Positions 1-11,840 of a stretch of 64,000 nucleotides of DNA are shown one piece after another (the first letter of the stretch is position 1; the number at the start of each line of letters is the position of its first letter). The stretch spans positions 15,376,001 through 15,440,000 of the forward strand of contig OZ024766.1 in assembly GCA_964016885.1 (NCBI GenBank). The letters run 5' to 3'. The notes below the pieces were generated by a model. The model did no database searches, was not told the DNA's origin, and worked only from the letters and a program-made list of their open reading frames with translations. Both the position numbers and the translations under genes were made by a program. The DNA is from Eledone cirrhosa. Taxonomy: Eukaryota.

Positions 1-1955
1 AGGTGTAAGTGTGTGAGGTCGGAATTTATCAGCTCGTCCCAGGTTTTTCTGGGTCTGCCTACTCCGTGGCTACCGTCTATCTTTATTGCCCTGCACTTTG
101 TTATACAGCTGTCGTCTTTCATGCGCATCACGTGACCATACCAACGTAGCCTTCTCTCGAGTAAACAACATCTGATCCCTCTTATTTCTAATTTTTTCCT
201 TAGTTCGTTTATGCTTTGCCGTTCACGTATATTACTATTACACATCCAGCGGAACATGCAAGCTTCGTTCCTCTCTAGTCTGCGTATATCCTCTACACAC
301 AATGCCCAGGTCTCACTGCCATGCAACATTGCTGTTCGTATGCAGGCATTATACAACCTGCCTTTCATTTTTAGGGAGAACCCTTTAGCGGCTAATAGTG
401 GTTGTAGCGGTTGTCTCCCTTGTTGTGACTCACAACCCCAATAGATTAACAACATCTAGACGGGAAGTAGAACCCTTTCTGTAACTTCTGGTCAGAACCC
501 TATAAAACTAACAACTTTAAGTTCTCATTCTCTCATTTGTCTCGCGTTTGCCTGGCAATCAAAACGGTAACTACTAACTTTGCTTCATTCTATCATCTAT
601 TACTTTGACATGTCAACTATACTGTTCTATATATATCCATAATTGTTAATTAAATATTATACACACAAACCATGTCTCCTTGTTACATTCATACAACCCA
701 GTATCTACGCTATATGGTATAAGCTCTCTGAACTTTTTCCATCCAGTTCTGACTCTAGCTACTGTACTTACAGAGCACCCTCCCCCACTGCTGATTTTGT
801 CACCCAGGTAACGGAAGCTGTCCACTATTTCTATAGAACCCTCTGCGCAATTGAAAGAGCTAGTATTCTGTGGGCACTTGCTGCTACTTATTGCACCAGA
901 GCACCGGCCACATGTAAAATCTATGTTCTTAGTTAGCTTACCTGTGATCCCACTACATCTTTTATGCATCCATACTTTGCATTTGGGACATAAAATGGAG
1001 TTTCTACCTACGCCTTTCCTACACACTGAGCATGGCCACTTCCCGGAAGGGACCGCCGCCTTATTTTCTTTCTTACAAACTAGAACTTTAGTCTTAGCCA
1101 GGTTAATTTTAAGGCCTTTTGATTCTAGGTCATGTTTGGAATTTCTTCTCTAGCTCGGCCATTGATTCAGCTATGAGCGTTAGATCATCTGCGTATAGGA
1201 GTTCCCATCGGTAGCCGGTCTTGAACTCCTCTGTTATAGCCTGAAGGGCAATAATAAATAGTAGGGGGCTAAGAACAGAGCCTTGATGGACACCAACTTT
1301 TATGCTAAACTCTTCACTATATTCATTGTTAATTCTAACCTTGCTAACTGTTTCTTTATACATGGCTTGTATAGCTCTCACAAGCCATTCATTAACACCG
1401 AGTTTTCTAAGAGCCCACCATATAATGGAACGGGGAACTCTGTCGAAGGCTTTCTCCAAGTCGACAAAAGCTAAGTACAGGGGTTTACTTTTAGCTAGGT
1501 ACTTCTCCTGTAGTTGTCGTACAATGAAAAGAGCGTCTGTGGTACTTTTACCTGACACAAACCCGAACTGCATTTCATCTAGATCAATTCTCTCTCTGAT
1601 TAGTTGCGCTATTACTTTTTCTGTGACCTTCATGACCTTGTCGATTAATTTAATGCCTCTATAGTTACTCCTATCTAGGGCATCTCCTTTACCCTTGTAG
1701 CAGTTAATGATGATGCTGCTACGCCAGTCCTTCGGAACAACCTCATTCTGTATGATTTGGTTTACTATCCGGGTGACCATGGTGTGTCCCACCGTTCCAG
1801 AAGCTTTCAGCGTTTCAGCAACTATTTCTGAAGGCCCAGCCGCCTTACCCGTCTTCATGTTTTTGATTGCCTTACTTATTATACTACCTTCGACTAACAC
1901 TGCTGGTCCCTCTATTGGTTCGATGTGGGGGAGACTGTCTTTCTCCCATTTCTCC
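1..1955 (-). mobile_element. RTE-clade LINE, 5'-truncated and frameshifted copy A (RT domain plus PHD-like Cys-rich C-terminus)
   Basis: ORF 1130-1900 has RT motifs (YRGIKL, FVDLEKAFD, QGSVLSP, LYADD). ORF 646-1026 has a CxxC...CxxC...HxxC region and FRYLG. Collinear with the copies at 11841-14319 and 48960-52486. Confidence 0.9.
403..714. mobile_element. Solo LTR (312 bp) inserted in RTE copy A
   Basis: Absent from the homologous RTE site near 12630. Ends tgtagcg...cgctata (TG...CA with one change), 4-bp TSD tggt at 399-402 and 715-718, internal tataaaa at about 501. Confidence 0.75.
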
Positions 1956-1962
1956 TTCTATA

Positions 1963-2112
1963 AAGGCCAGCAATTATTCCAGTGAATTACTGGTACTTTA
2001 TTCTATCGACCCCGTAAGCATGAAAGGCAAAGTTAACCTCGACAGGATTTGAACTCAGATCATAAAGGGAGGTAACTATGCTGGAAAGCATGGCGTCCAA
2101 TCCTCTACCGAT
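1963..2112 (-). mobile_element. tRNA-derived SINE, family with central domain gcctttcatccttacggggtcgataaaataaagtaccagt
   Basis: B-box-like gagttcaaatcc on the minus strand. Further copies near 4570-4752, 26400-26830, 29861-30075, 43600-43760, 45345-46240 and 48628-48812. Confidence 0.8.
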
Positions 2113-2117
2113 AATAT

Positions 2118-2460
2118 ATCATCATCATCATTTCATTTTACGTCCACTTTTCCCTGCTTGCAAGGGTGAGACGGGAACTGATTCTGGCTGGATCTCTTCA
2201 GCTGGATGCTCTTCCTAACACCAACCTCATTCTCAGTGAGTGCTGGGTGCTTTTTTTTCCGTGACACCTGCACGACCACTTTGCAGTGGAATGATAGTGA
2301 CCCCAGTCCCTATCATCTCATTTCTACAGCTGAGTAAACTGGAGCAATGTGAAATAAAGTGTCCCGCTCAAGGAAACAACACATCACCTGGTCTGAGAAT
2401 TGAACTCACAACCTTTCGATTGCAAGGCCAATGCTCTAACCACTAAGCCATGTGCCTCCA
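2118..2460 (-). mobile_element. tRNA-derived CORE-type SINE with RTE-like 3' tail ending in (gat)n
   Basis: Head ggcttagtggttagagc...gagttcaattc (A/B boxes), CORE-like ccttgagcaagacactttatttcacattgctccagtttactcagctgtagaaatg, tail matching the RTE 3' UTR. Copies at 4759-5095, 6218-6556 (+) and 21801-22136. Confidence 0.85.
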
Positions 2461-2533
2461 TGTATATATATATAATATATAGTATATAAGGGAGAGGATC
2501 AGGAGTGTGTAACACACCACTTATCCACTCTTA

Positions 2534-2579
2534 TGCTCTGATGAGTCCCACTTATAGTGTGGACGAAACACTGTCAGCA
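2534..2579 (+). ncRNA. Type I hammerhead ribozyme motif (Penelope/retrozyme-like, minimal stem III)
   Basis: tgct-CTGATGA-gtcc(cacttatagtgt)ggac-GAAAC-act-GTC-agca. Stem I tgct/agca, stem II gtcc/ggac, intact core, GUC cleavage triplet. Confidence 0.85.
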
Positions 2580-2654
2580 AGTAAAGATATACCTATGCTC
2601 TAAGCGTTCTTTGTTGTTAATTATATATAATATATAATAATTTCTATACTTTTT

Positions 2655-2658
2655 CATT

Positions 2659-2703
<45 letters not shown>

Positions 2704-3088
2704 GTATATATATATATATGAGTATATGCATACACAGACACACACACACGTCTATGTGTGTGTGTGTGTATGTATATATATATGTGTGTGTGTGTATGTA
2801 TATATATATATATATGTGTGTGTATGTATATATATATATATGTGTGTGTGTGTGTATGTATATATATGTGTGTGCGTGTATGTATATATATGTGTGTGTA
2901 TGTATATATATATGTGTGTGTGTATGTATATATATATATATATATGTGTGTGTGTATCTATATATATATATATATATATGCGTGTGTGTATCTATATATA
3001 TATATATATGCGTGTGTGTGTGTATGTATATATATATATATGCGTGTGTGTGTGTATGTATATATATATGTGTGTGTGTGTGTGTATG

Positions 3089-3169
<81 letters not shown>

Positions 3170-3190
3170 ATGTATATATATATACATAGA
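2655..3190. repeat. Compound (TA)n/(TG)n microsatellite; duplicate at about 5140-5830
   Basis: Directly visible. The YI/VC/HT-repeat ORFs here are artefacts. Confidence 0.95.
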
Positions 3191-3272
3191 TTGATATCTA
3201 TCTTTACTGGTGACCCATCACAGACAATGACTAAACTATACAGAGGTTTTTCAACATACGTCAATGTAACAG

Positions 3273-3274
3273 AT

Positions 3275-3307
<33 letters not shown>

Positions 3308-3344
3308 CATGTACACACACGTCAGGTATTTACATAGGTGCAAT

Positions 3345-3378
<34 letters not shown>

Positions 3379-3548
3379 CATGTACACACATGGCAGGTAT
3401 TTTCATAGGTGCAATCACACACACATATATATATATATACATGTACACACACGTCAGGTATTTACATAGGTGCAATCACACACACACACACATATATATA
3501 TATATACATGTACACACACGTCAGGTATTTACATAGGTGATATCACAA

Positions 3549-3586
<38 letters not shown>

Positions 3587-3630
3587 GTACACACACGTCA
3601 GGTATTTACATAGGTGCAATCACACACATA
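3273..3630. repeat. Minisatellite of about 55-60 bp (tacatgtacacacacgtcaggtatttacataggtgcaatc plus (CA)n(TA)n); duplicate at 5918-6797, interrupted by a SINE
   Basis: Repeated core visible about 6 times here and about 10 times in the duplicate. Confidence 0.9.
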
Positions 3631-3643
3631 CCAATGAAACAAA

Positions 3644-4107
3644 GTGCCTAGGGCACTGATTTCAAGGGGCACTGCCTAGGGCATTGATTTCAAGTGGCAC
3701 TGCCTAGGGCACTGATTTCAAGTGGCACTGCCTAGGGCGCTGATTTCAAGGGGCACTGCCTAGGGCACTGATTTCAAGTGGCACTGATTTCAAGTGGCAC
3801 TGCCTAGGGCACTGATTTCAAGTGGCACTGCCTAGGGCACTGATTTCAAGTGGAGCTGCCTAGGGCATTGATTTCAAGTGGCACTGCCTAGGGCACTGAT
3901 TTCAAGGGGCACTGCCTAGGGCGCTGATTTCAAGTGGCACTGCCTAGGGCGCTGATTTCAAGTGGCACTGCCTAGGGCACTGATTTCAAGTGGCACTGCC
4001 TAGGGCACTGATTTCAAGTGGAGCTGCCTAGGGCACTGATTTCAAGTGAAGCTGCCTAGGGCACTGATTTCAAGTGGAGCTGCCTAGGGCACTAATTTCA
4101 AGTGGGG
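3644..4107. repeat. 28-bp satellite (tgcctagggcactgatttcaagtggcac), short array
   Basis: About 17 tandem units, with an occasional 16-bp sub-unit tgatttcaagtggcac. Confidence 0.95.
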
Positions 4108-4301
4108 CATTTCTCCAATTAAACAATTTAAGAAAATAAATAAATAGATATATTTCAGTTTTATTTCATACAGGGACAAATACATGGTGAAAATATAAAA
4201 CAAATATTTTTTTATTTAAAAATTTTGAAATTGATATTTTCCTTTGAGGGTGCCAGATTGTCAGCTTGCCTAGGGTGCCAGGTAGTCTGTCACCGACCCT
4301 G
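4108..4301. mobile_element. Right end of a hAT-like non-autonomous element that hosts the 28-bp satellite; duplicate at 11635-11829
   Basis: Ends gcctagggtgccaggtagtctgtcaccgaccctg (CAGGG-type terminus on the minus strand) and repeats the gcctaggg motif of the satellite. Left end and TSD not seen. Confidence 0.55.
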
Positions 4302-5138
4302 TGTATGCATATATCATCTTCATCATTCAACGTCCATTTTCCACGCTAGCATGGGTTAGATGAGCCATGTCAGAGGACCATGTTTTGCTCACACTGAACT
4401 GATTTTGGCTTCATTTCTATGTCTGGTTGTCCTAATGCCAAAAACAATGTGTACTGGGTGCTTTGATTGCCTTACTTATTATACTACCTTCGACTAACAC
4501 TGCTGGTCCCTCTATTGGGTCGATGTGGGGAAGACTGTCTTTCTCCCATTTATTCTCCTATAGATATATAATTGTTTCTACTTTTGGCACAAGGCCAGCA
4601 ATTATCCCAGTGTATTACTGGTACTTTATTCTATCGACCCCGTAAGGATGAAAGGTAAAGTTAACCTCGACAGGATTTGAACTCAGATCATAAAGGGAGG
4701 TAACTATGCTGGAGGTAACTATTGGAAAGCATGGCGTCCAATCCTCTACCGATAATATATCATCATCATCATTTCATTTTACGTCCACATTTCCCTGCTT
4801 GCAAGGGTGAGACGGGAACTGATTCTGGCTTGATCTCTACAGCTGGATGCTCTTCCTAACACCAACCTCATTTACAGTGAGTGCTGGGTGCTTTTTCTCC
4901 GTGACACCTCCACGACCACTTTACAGTGATATGGACCCCAGTCCCTATCATCTCATTTCTACAGCTGAGTAAACTGGAGCAATGTGAAATAAAGTGTCTT
5001 GCTCAAGGAAACAACACATCACTCGGTCTGAGAATTGAACTCACAACCTCTCGATTGCAAGGCCAATGCTCTAACCACTAAGCCATGTGCCTCCATGTAT
5101 ATATATATAATATATAATAATTTCTATACTTTTTCATT

Positions 5139-5178
<40 letters not shown>

Positions 5179-5304
5179 TGTATATATATATATATGTGTA
5201 TATGCATACACAGACACACACACACATATATATATGTGTGTGTGTGTGTATGTATATATATATGTGTGTGTATGTATATATATATATATATATGTGTGTG
5301 TATG

Positions 5305-5335
<31 letters not shown>

Positions 5336-5343
5336 ATGTATAA

Positions 5344-5377
<34 letters not shown>

Positions 5378-5404
5378 ATGTATATATATATATGTGTGTG
5401 TGTG

Positions 5405-5437
<33 letters not shown>

Positions 5438-5440
5438 ATG

Positions 5441-5471
<31 letters not shown>

Positions 5472-5599
5472 ATGTATGTATATATATATATATGTGTGTG
5501 TGTGTATGTATATATATATATATATATGTGTGTGTGTATGTATATATATATATATGTGTGTGTGTGTATGTATATATATATATATATGTGTGTGTGTGT

Positions 5600-5639
<40 letters not shown>

Positions 5640-5642
5640 ATG

Positions 5643-5675
<33 letters not shown>

Positions 5676-5678
5676 ATG

Positions 5679-5711
<33 letters not shown>

Positions 5712-5746
5712 ATGTATATATATATATATATGTGTGTGTGTGTATG

Positions 5747-5781
<35 letters not shown>

Positions 5782-6108
5782 ATGTATATATATATATATA
5801 TGTGTGTGTGTGTATGTATATATATATACATAGATTGATATCTATCTTTACTGGTGACTCATCACAGACAAAGACTAAACTATACAGAGGTTTTTCAACT
5901 TACGTCAATGTAACAGATACACACACACACACACACATATATATATACATGTACACACATGGCAGGTATTTACATAGGTGCAATCACACACACACACATA
6001 TATATATATATGTACACACACGTCAGGTATTTACATAGGTGCAATCACACACACACACACATATATATATACATGTACACACACGTCAGGTATTTACATA
6101 GGTGCAAT

Positions 6109-6149
<41 letters not shown>

Positions 6150-6217
6150 GTACACACACGTCAGGTATTTACATAGGTGCAATCACACACACACACACAT
6201 ATATATATATACATATA

Positions 6218-6556
6218 TGGAGGCACATGGCTTAGTGGTTAGAGCGTTGGCCTTGCAATCGAAAGGTTGTGAGTTCAATTCTCAGACCGGGTGATGTGTT
6301 GTTTCCTTGAGCAAGACACTTTATTTCACATTGCTCCAGTTTACTCAGCTGTAGAAATGAGATGATAGGGACTGGGGTCCATATCATTCCACTGCAAAGT
6401 GGTCGTGGAGGTGCCACGGTAAAAAAAAGCACCCAGCACTCACTGTAAATGAGGTTGGTGTTAGGAAGGGCATCCAGCTGTAGAAATCAAGCCAGAATCA
6501 GTTCCCGTCCCACCCTTGCAAGCAGGGAAAAGTGGACGTAAAATGATGATGATGAT
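6218..6556 (+). mobile_element. CORE-type SINE, full length, present only in duplication unit 2
   Basis: Runs from tggaggcacatggcttagtgg to ggacgtaaaatgatgatgatgat, inside the minisatellite. Confidence 0.9.
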
Positions 6557-6810
6557 GTACACACACGTCAGGTATTTACATAGGTGCAATCACACACACA
6601 CACACATATATATATACATGTACACACACGGCAGGTATTTACATAGGTGCAATCACACACACACACATATATATATATATATACATGTACACACACGTCA
6701 GGTATTTACATAGGTGCAATCACACACACATATATATATATATATATATACATGTACACACACGTCAGGTATTTACATAGGTGCAATCACACACATACCA
6801 ATGAAACAAA

Positions 6811-9800
6811 GTGCCTAGGGCACTGATTTCAAGTGGCACTGCCTAGGGCACTGATTTCAAGTGGCACTGCCTAGGGCATTGATTTCAAGGGGCACTGCCT
6901 AGGGCGCTGATTTCAAGGGGCACTGCCTAGGGCACTGATTTCAAGGGGCACTGCCTAGGGCACTGATTTCAAGTGGCACTGATTTCAAGTGGCACTGATT
7001 TCAAGTGGCACTGCCTAGGGCATTGATTTCAAGTGGCACTGCCTAGGGCATTGATTTCAAGGGGCACTGCCTAGGGCGCTGATTTCAAGGGGCACTGCCT
7101 AGGGCACTGATTTCAAGGGGCACTGCCTAGGGCACTGATTTCAAGTGGCACTGCCTAGGGCATTGATTTCAAGTGGCACTACCTAGGGCATTGATTTCAA
7201 GTGGCACTGCCTAGGGCACTGATTTCAAGTGGCACTGCCTAGGGCACTGATTTCAAGTGGCACTGATTTCAAGTGGCACTGCCTAGGGCATTGATTTCAA
7301 GTGGCACTACCTAGGGCATTGATTTCAAGTGGCACTGCCTAGGGCATTGATTTCAAGTGGCACTGATTTCAAGTGGCACTGCCTAGGGCATTGATTTCAA
7401 GTGGCACTGCCTAGGGCGCTGATTTCAAGGGGCACAGCCTAGGGCGCTGAATTTAAGTGGCACTGCCTAGGGCACTGATTTCAAGTGGAGCTGCCTAGGG
7501 CATTGATTTCAAGTGGCACTGCCTAGGGCGCTGATTTCAAGTGGAACTGCCTAGGGCACTGATTTCAAGTGGCACTGCCTAGGGCACTGATTTCAAGTGG
7601 CACTGCCTAGGGCATTGATTTCAAGTGGCACTGCCTAGGGCGCTGATTTCAAGGGGCACTGCCTAGGGCGCTGAATTTAAGTGGCACTGCCTAGGGCACT
7701 GATTTCAAGTGGAGCTGCCTAGGGCATTGATTTCAAGTGGCACTGCCTAGGGCGCTGATTTCAAGTGGCACTGCCTAGGGCATTGATTTCAAGTGGCACT
7801 GCCTAGGGCATTGATTTCAAGTGGCACTGATTTCAAGTGGCATTGCCTAGGGCATTGATTTCAAGTGGCACTGCCTAGGGCATTGATTTCAAGTGGCACT
7901 GATTTCAAGTGGCACTGCCTAGGGCACTGATTTCAAGTGGCACTTATTTCAAGTGGCACTGCCTAGGGCATTGATTTCAAGTGGCACTGCCTAGGGCACT
8001 GATTTCAAGTGGCACTGATTTCAAGTGGCACTGCCTAGGGCATTGATTTCAAGTGGCACTGCCTAGGGCGCTGATTTCAAGTGGAGCTGCCTAGGGCATT
8101 GATTTCAAGTGGCACTGCCTAGGGCGCTGATTTCAAGTGGCTCTGCCTAGGGCACAGATTTCAAGGGGCACTGCCTACGGCATTGATTTCAAGTGGCACT
8201 GCCTAGGGCGCTGATTTCAAGTGGCACTGCCTAGGGCGCTGATTTGTAGTGGCCCTGCCTAGGGCACTGATTTCAAGTGGCACTGCCTAGGGCATTGATT
8301 TCAAGTGGCACTACCTAGGGCATTGATTTCAAGTGGCACTGCCTAGGGCACTGATTTCAAGTGGCACTGATTTCAAGTGGCACTGCCTAGGGCATTGATT
8401 TCAAGTGGCACTACCTAGGGCATTGATTTCAAGTGGCACTGCCTAGGGCATTGATTTCAAGTGGCACTGCCTAGGACACTGATTTCAAGTGGCACTGCCT
8501 AGGGCATTGATTTCAAGTGGCACTGCCTAGGGCGCTGATTTCAAGGGGCACTGCCTAGGGCGCTGAATTTAAGTGGCACTGCCTAGGGCACTGATTTCAA
8601 GTGGAGCTGCCTAGGGCATTAATTTCAAGTGGCACTGCCTAGGGCGCTGATTTCAAGTGGCACTGCCTAGGGCACTGATTTCAAGTGGCACTGCCTAGGG
8701 CATTGATTTCAAGTGGCACTGCCTAGGGCGCTGATTTCAAGGGGCACTGCCTAGGGCGCTGAATTTAAGTGGCACTGCCTAGGGCACTGATTTCAAGTGG
8801 AGCTGCCTAGGGCATTGATTTCAAGTGGCACTGCCTAGGGCGCTGATTTCAAGTGGCACTGCCTAGGGCATTGATTTCAAGTGGCACTACCTAGGGCACT
8901 GATTTCAAGTGGCACTGCCTAGGCCATTGATTTCAAGTGGCACTGATTTCAAGTGGCATTGCCTAGGGCATTGAATTCAAGTGGCACTGCCTAGGGCACT
9001 GATTTCAAGTGGCACTGCCTAGGCCATTGATTTCAAGTGGCACTGATTTCAAGTGGCATTGCCTAGGGCATTGATTTCAAGTGGCACTGCCTAGGGCATT
9101 GATTTCAAGTGGCACTGATTTCAAGTGACACTGCCTAGGGCACTGATTTCAAGTGGCACTGCCTAGGCCATTGATTTCAAGTGGCACTGATTTCAAGTGG
9201 CACTGCCTAGGGCACTGATTTCAAGTGACACTGCCTAGGGCACTGATTTCAAGTGGCACTTATTTCAAGTGGCACTGCCTAGGGCATTGATTTCAAGTGG
9301 CACTGCCTAGGGCACTGATTTCAAGTGGCACTGATTTCAAGTGGCACTGCCTAGGGCATTGATTTCAAGTGGCACTGCCTAGGGCGCTGATTTCAAGTGG
9401 AGCTGCCTAGGGCATTGATTTCAAGTGGCACTGCCTAGGGCGCTGATTTCAAGTGGCACTGCCTAGGGGACTGATTTCAAGTGGCACTGCCTAGGGCACT
9501 GATTTCAAGTGGCACTGCCTAGGGCATTGATTTCAAGTGGCACTGCCTAGGGCGCTGATTTCAAGGGGCACTGCCTAGGGCGCTGAATTTAAGTGGCACT
9601 GCCTAGGGCACTGAATTTAAGTGGCACTGCCTAGGGCACTGATTTCAAGTGGAGCTGCCTAGGGCATTGATTTCAAGTGGCACTGCCTAGGGCGCTGATT
9701 TCAAGTGGCACTGCCTAGGGCACTGATTTCAAGTGGCACTGCCTAGGGCACTGATTTCAAGTGGCACTGCCTAGGGCATTGATTTCAAGTGGCACTGCCT

Positions 9801-11634
9801 AGGGCGCTGATTTCAAGGGGCACTGCCTAGGGCGCTGAATTTAAGTGGCACTGCCTAGGGCACTGATTTCAAGTAGAGCTGCCTAGGGCATTGATTTCAA
9901 GTGGCACTGCCTAGGGCGCTGATTTCAAGTGGCACTGCCTAGGGCATTGATTTCAAGTGGCACTGCCTAGGGCATTGATTTCAAGTGGCACTGATTTCAA
10001 GTGGCATTGCCTAGGGCATTGATTTCAAGTGGCACTGCCTAGGGCATTGATTTCAAGTGGCACTGATTTCAAGTGGCACTGCCTAGGGCACTGATTTCAA
10101 GTGGCACTTATTTCAAGTGGCACTGCCTAGGGCATTGATTTCAAGTGGCACTGCCTAGGGCACTGATTTCAAGTGGCACTGATTTCAAGTGGCACTGCCT
10201 AGGGCGCTGATTTCAAGTGGAGCTGCCTAGGGCATTGATTTCAAGTGGCACTGCCTAGGGCGCTGATTTCAAGTGGCTCTGCCTAGGGCACAGATTTCAA
10301 GGGGCACTGCCTAGGGCATTGATTTCAAGTGGCACTGCCTAGGGCGCTGATTTCAAGTGGCACTGCCTAGGGCGCTGATTTGTAGTGGCCCTGCCTAGGG
10401 CACTGATTTCAAGTGGCACTGCCTAGGGCATTGATTTCAAGTGGCACTACCTAGGGCATTGATTTCAAGTGGCACTGCCTAGGGCACTGATTTCAAGTGG
10501 CACTGATTTCAAGTGGCACTGCCTAGGGCATTGATTTCAAGTGGCACTACCTAGGGCATTGATTTCAAGTGGCACTGCCTAGGGCATTGATTTCAAGTGG
10601 CACTGCCTAGGGCACTGATTTCAAGTGGCACTGCCTAGGGCATTGATTTCAAGTGGCACTGCCTAGGGCGCTGATTTCAAGGGGCACTGCCTAGGGCGCT
10701 GAATTTAAGTGGCACTGCCTAGGGCACTGATTTCAAGTGGAGCTGCCTAGGGCATTAATTTCAAGTGGCACTGCCTAGGGCGCTGATTTCAAGTGGCACT
10801 GCCTAGGGCACTGATTTCAAGTGGCACTGCCTAGGGCATTGATTTCAAGTGACACTGCCTAGGGCGCTGATTTCAAGGGGCACTGCCTAGGGCGCTGAAT
10901 TTAAGTGGCACTGCCTAGGGCACTGATTTCAAGTGGAGCTGCCTAGGGCATTGATTTCAAGTGGCACTGCCTAGGGCGCTGATTTCAAGTGGCACTGCCT
11001 AGGGCATTGATTTCAAGTGGCACTACCTAGGGCACTGATTTCAAGTGGCACTGCCTAGGCCATTGATTTCAAGTGGCACTGATTTCAAGTGGCATTGCCT
11101 AGGGCATTGAATTCAAGTGGCACTGATTTCAAGTGGCATTGCCTAGGGCATTGATTTCAAGTGGCACTGCCTAGGGCATTGATTTCAAGTGGCACTGATT
11201 TCAAGTGACACTGCCTAGGGCACTGATTTCAAGTGGCACTTATTTCAAGTGGCACTGCCTAGGGCATTGATTTCAAGTGGCACTGCCTAGGGCACTGATT
11301 TCAAGTGGCACTGATTTCAAGTGGCACTGCCTAGGGCATTGATTTCAAGTGGCACTGCCTAGGGCGCTGATTTCAAGTGGAGCTGCCTAGGGCATTGATT
11401 TCAAGTGGCACTGCCTAGGGCGCTGATTTCAAGTGGCACTGCCTAGGGCACAGATTTCAAGGGGCACTGCCTAGGGCATTGATTTCAAGTGGCACTGCCT
11501 AGGGCGCTGATTTCAAGTGGCACTGCCTAGGGCGCTGATTTGTAGTGGCCCTGCCTAGGGCACTGATTTCAAGTGGCACTGCCTAGGGCATTGATTTCAA
11601 GTGGAGCTGCCTAGGGCACTAATTTCAAGTGGGG
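6811..11634. repeat. 28-bp satellite, 4.8-kb array with higher-order structure
   Basis: Roughly 180 units. The variant gatttgtagtggccc recurs at 8241, 10377 and 11537. Confidence 0.97.
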
Positions 11635-11840
11635 CATTTCTCCAATTAAACAATTTAAAAAAAATAAATAAATAGATATATTTCAGTTTTATTTCATACA
11701 GGGACAAATACATGGTGAAAATATAAAACAAATATTTTTTTGTTTATAAATTTTGAAATTGATATTTTCCTTTGAGGGTGCCAGATTGTCAGCTTGCCTA
11801 GGGTGCCAGCTAGTCTGTCACCGACCCTGTGTATGCAGAT

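Noticed and set aside
6218-6292. tRNA genes at SINE heads, also at 24741, 28056, 44670 and 57750
   Set aside because: A and B boxes are present, but there is no proper acceptor stem and each runs into a CORE-type SINE body.
2654-6294. ORFs made of YI/HT/VC repeats, also at 16149-16997 and 19736-21311
   Set aside because: They are translations of dinucleotide microsatellites that lack stop codons by composition.
6811-11634. CRISPR-like array of 28-bp partly palindromic repeats
   Set aside because: The units are contiguous with no unique spacers, there are no cas genes, and the context is eukaryotic. It is a satellite.
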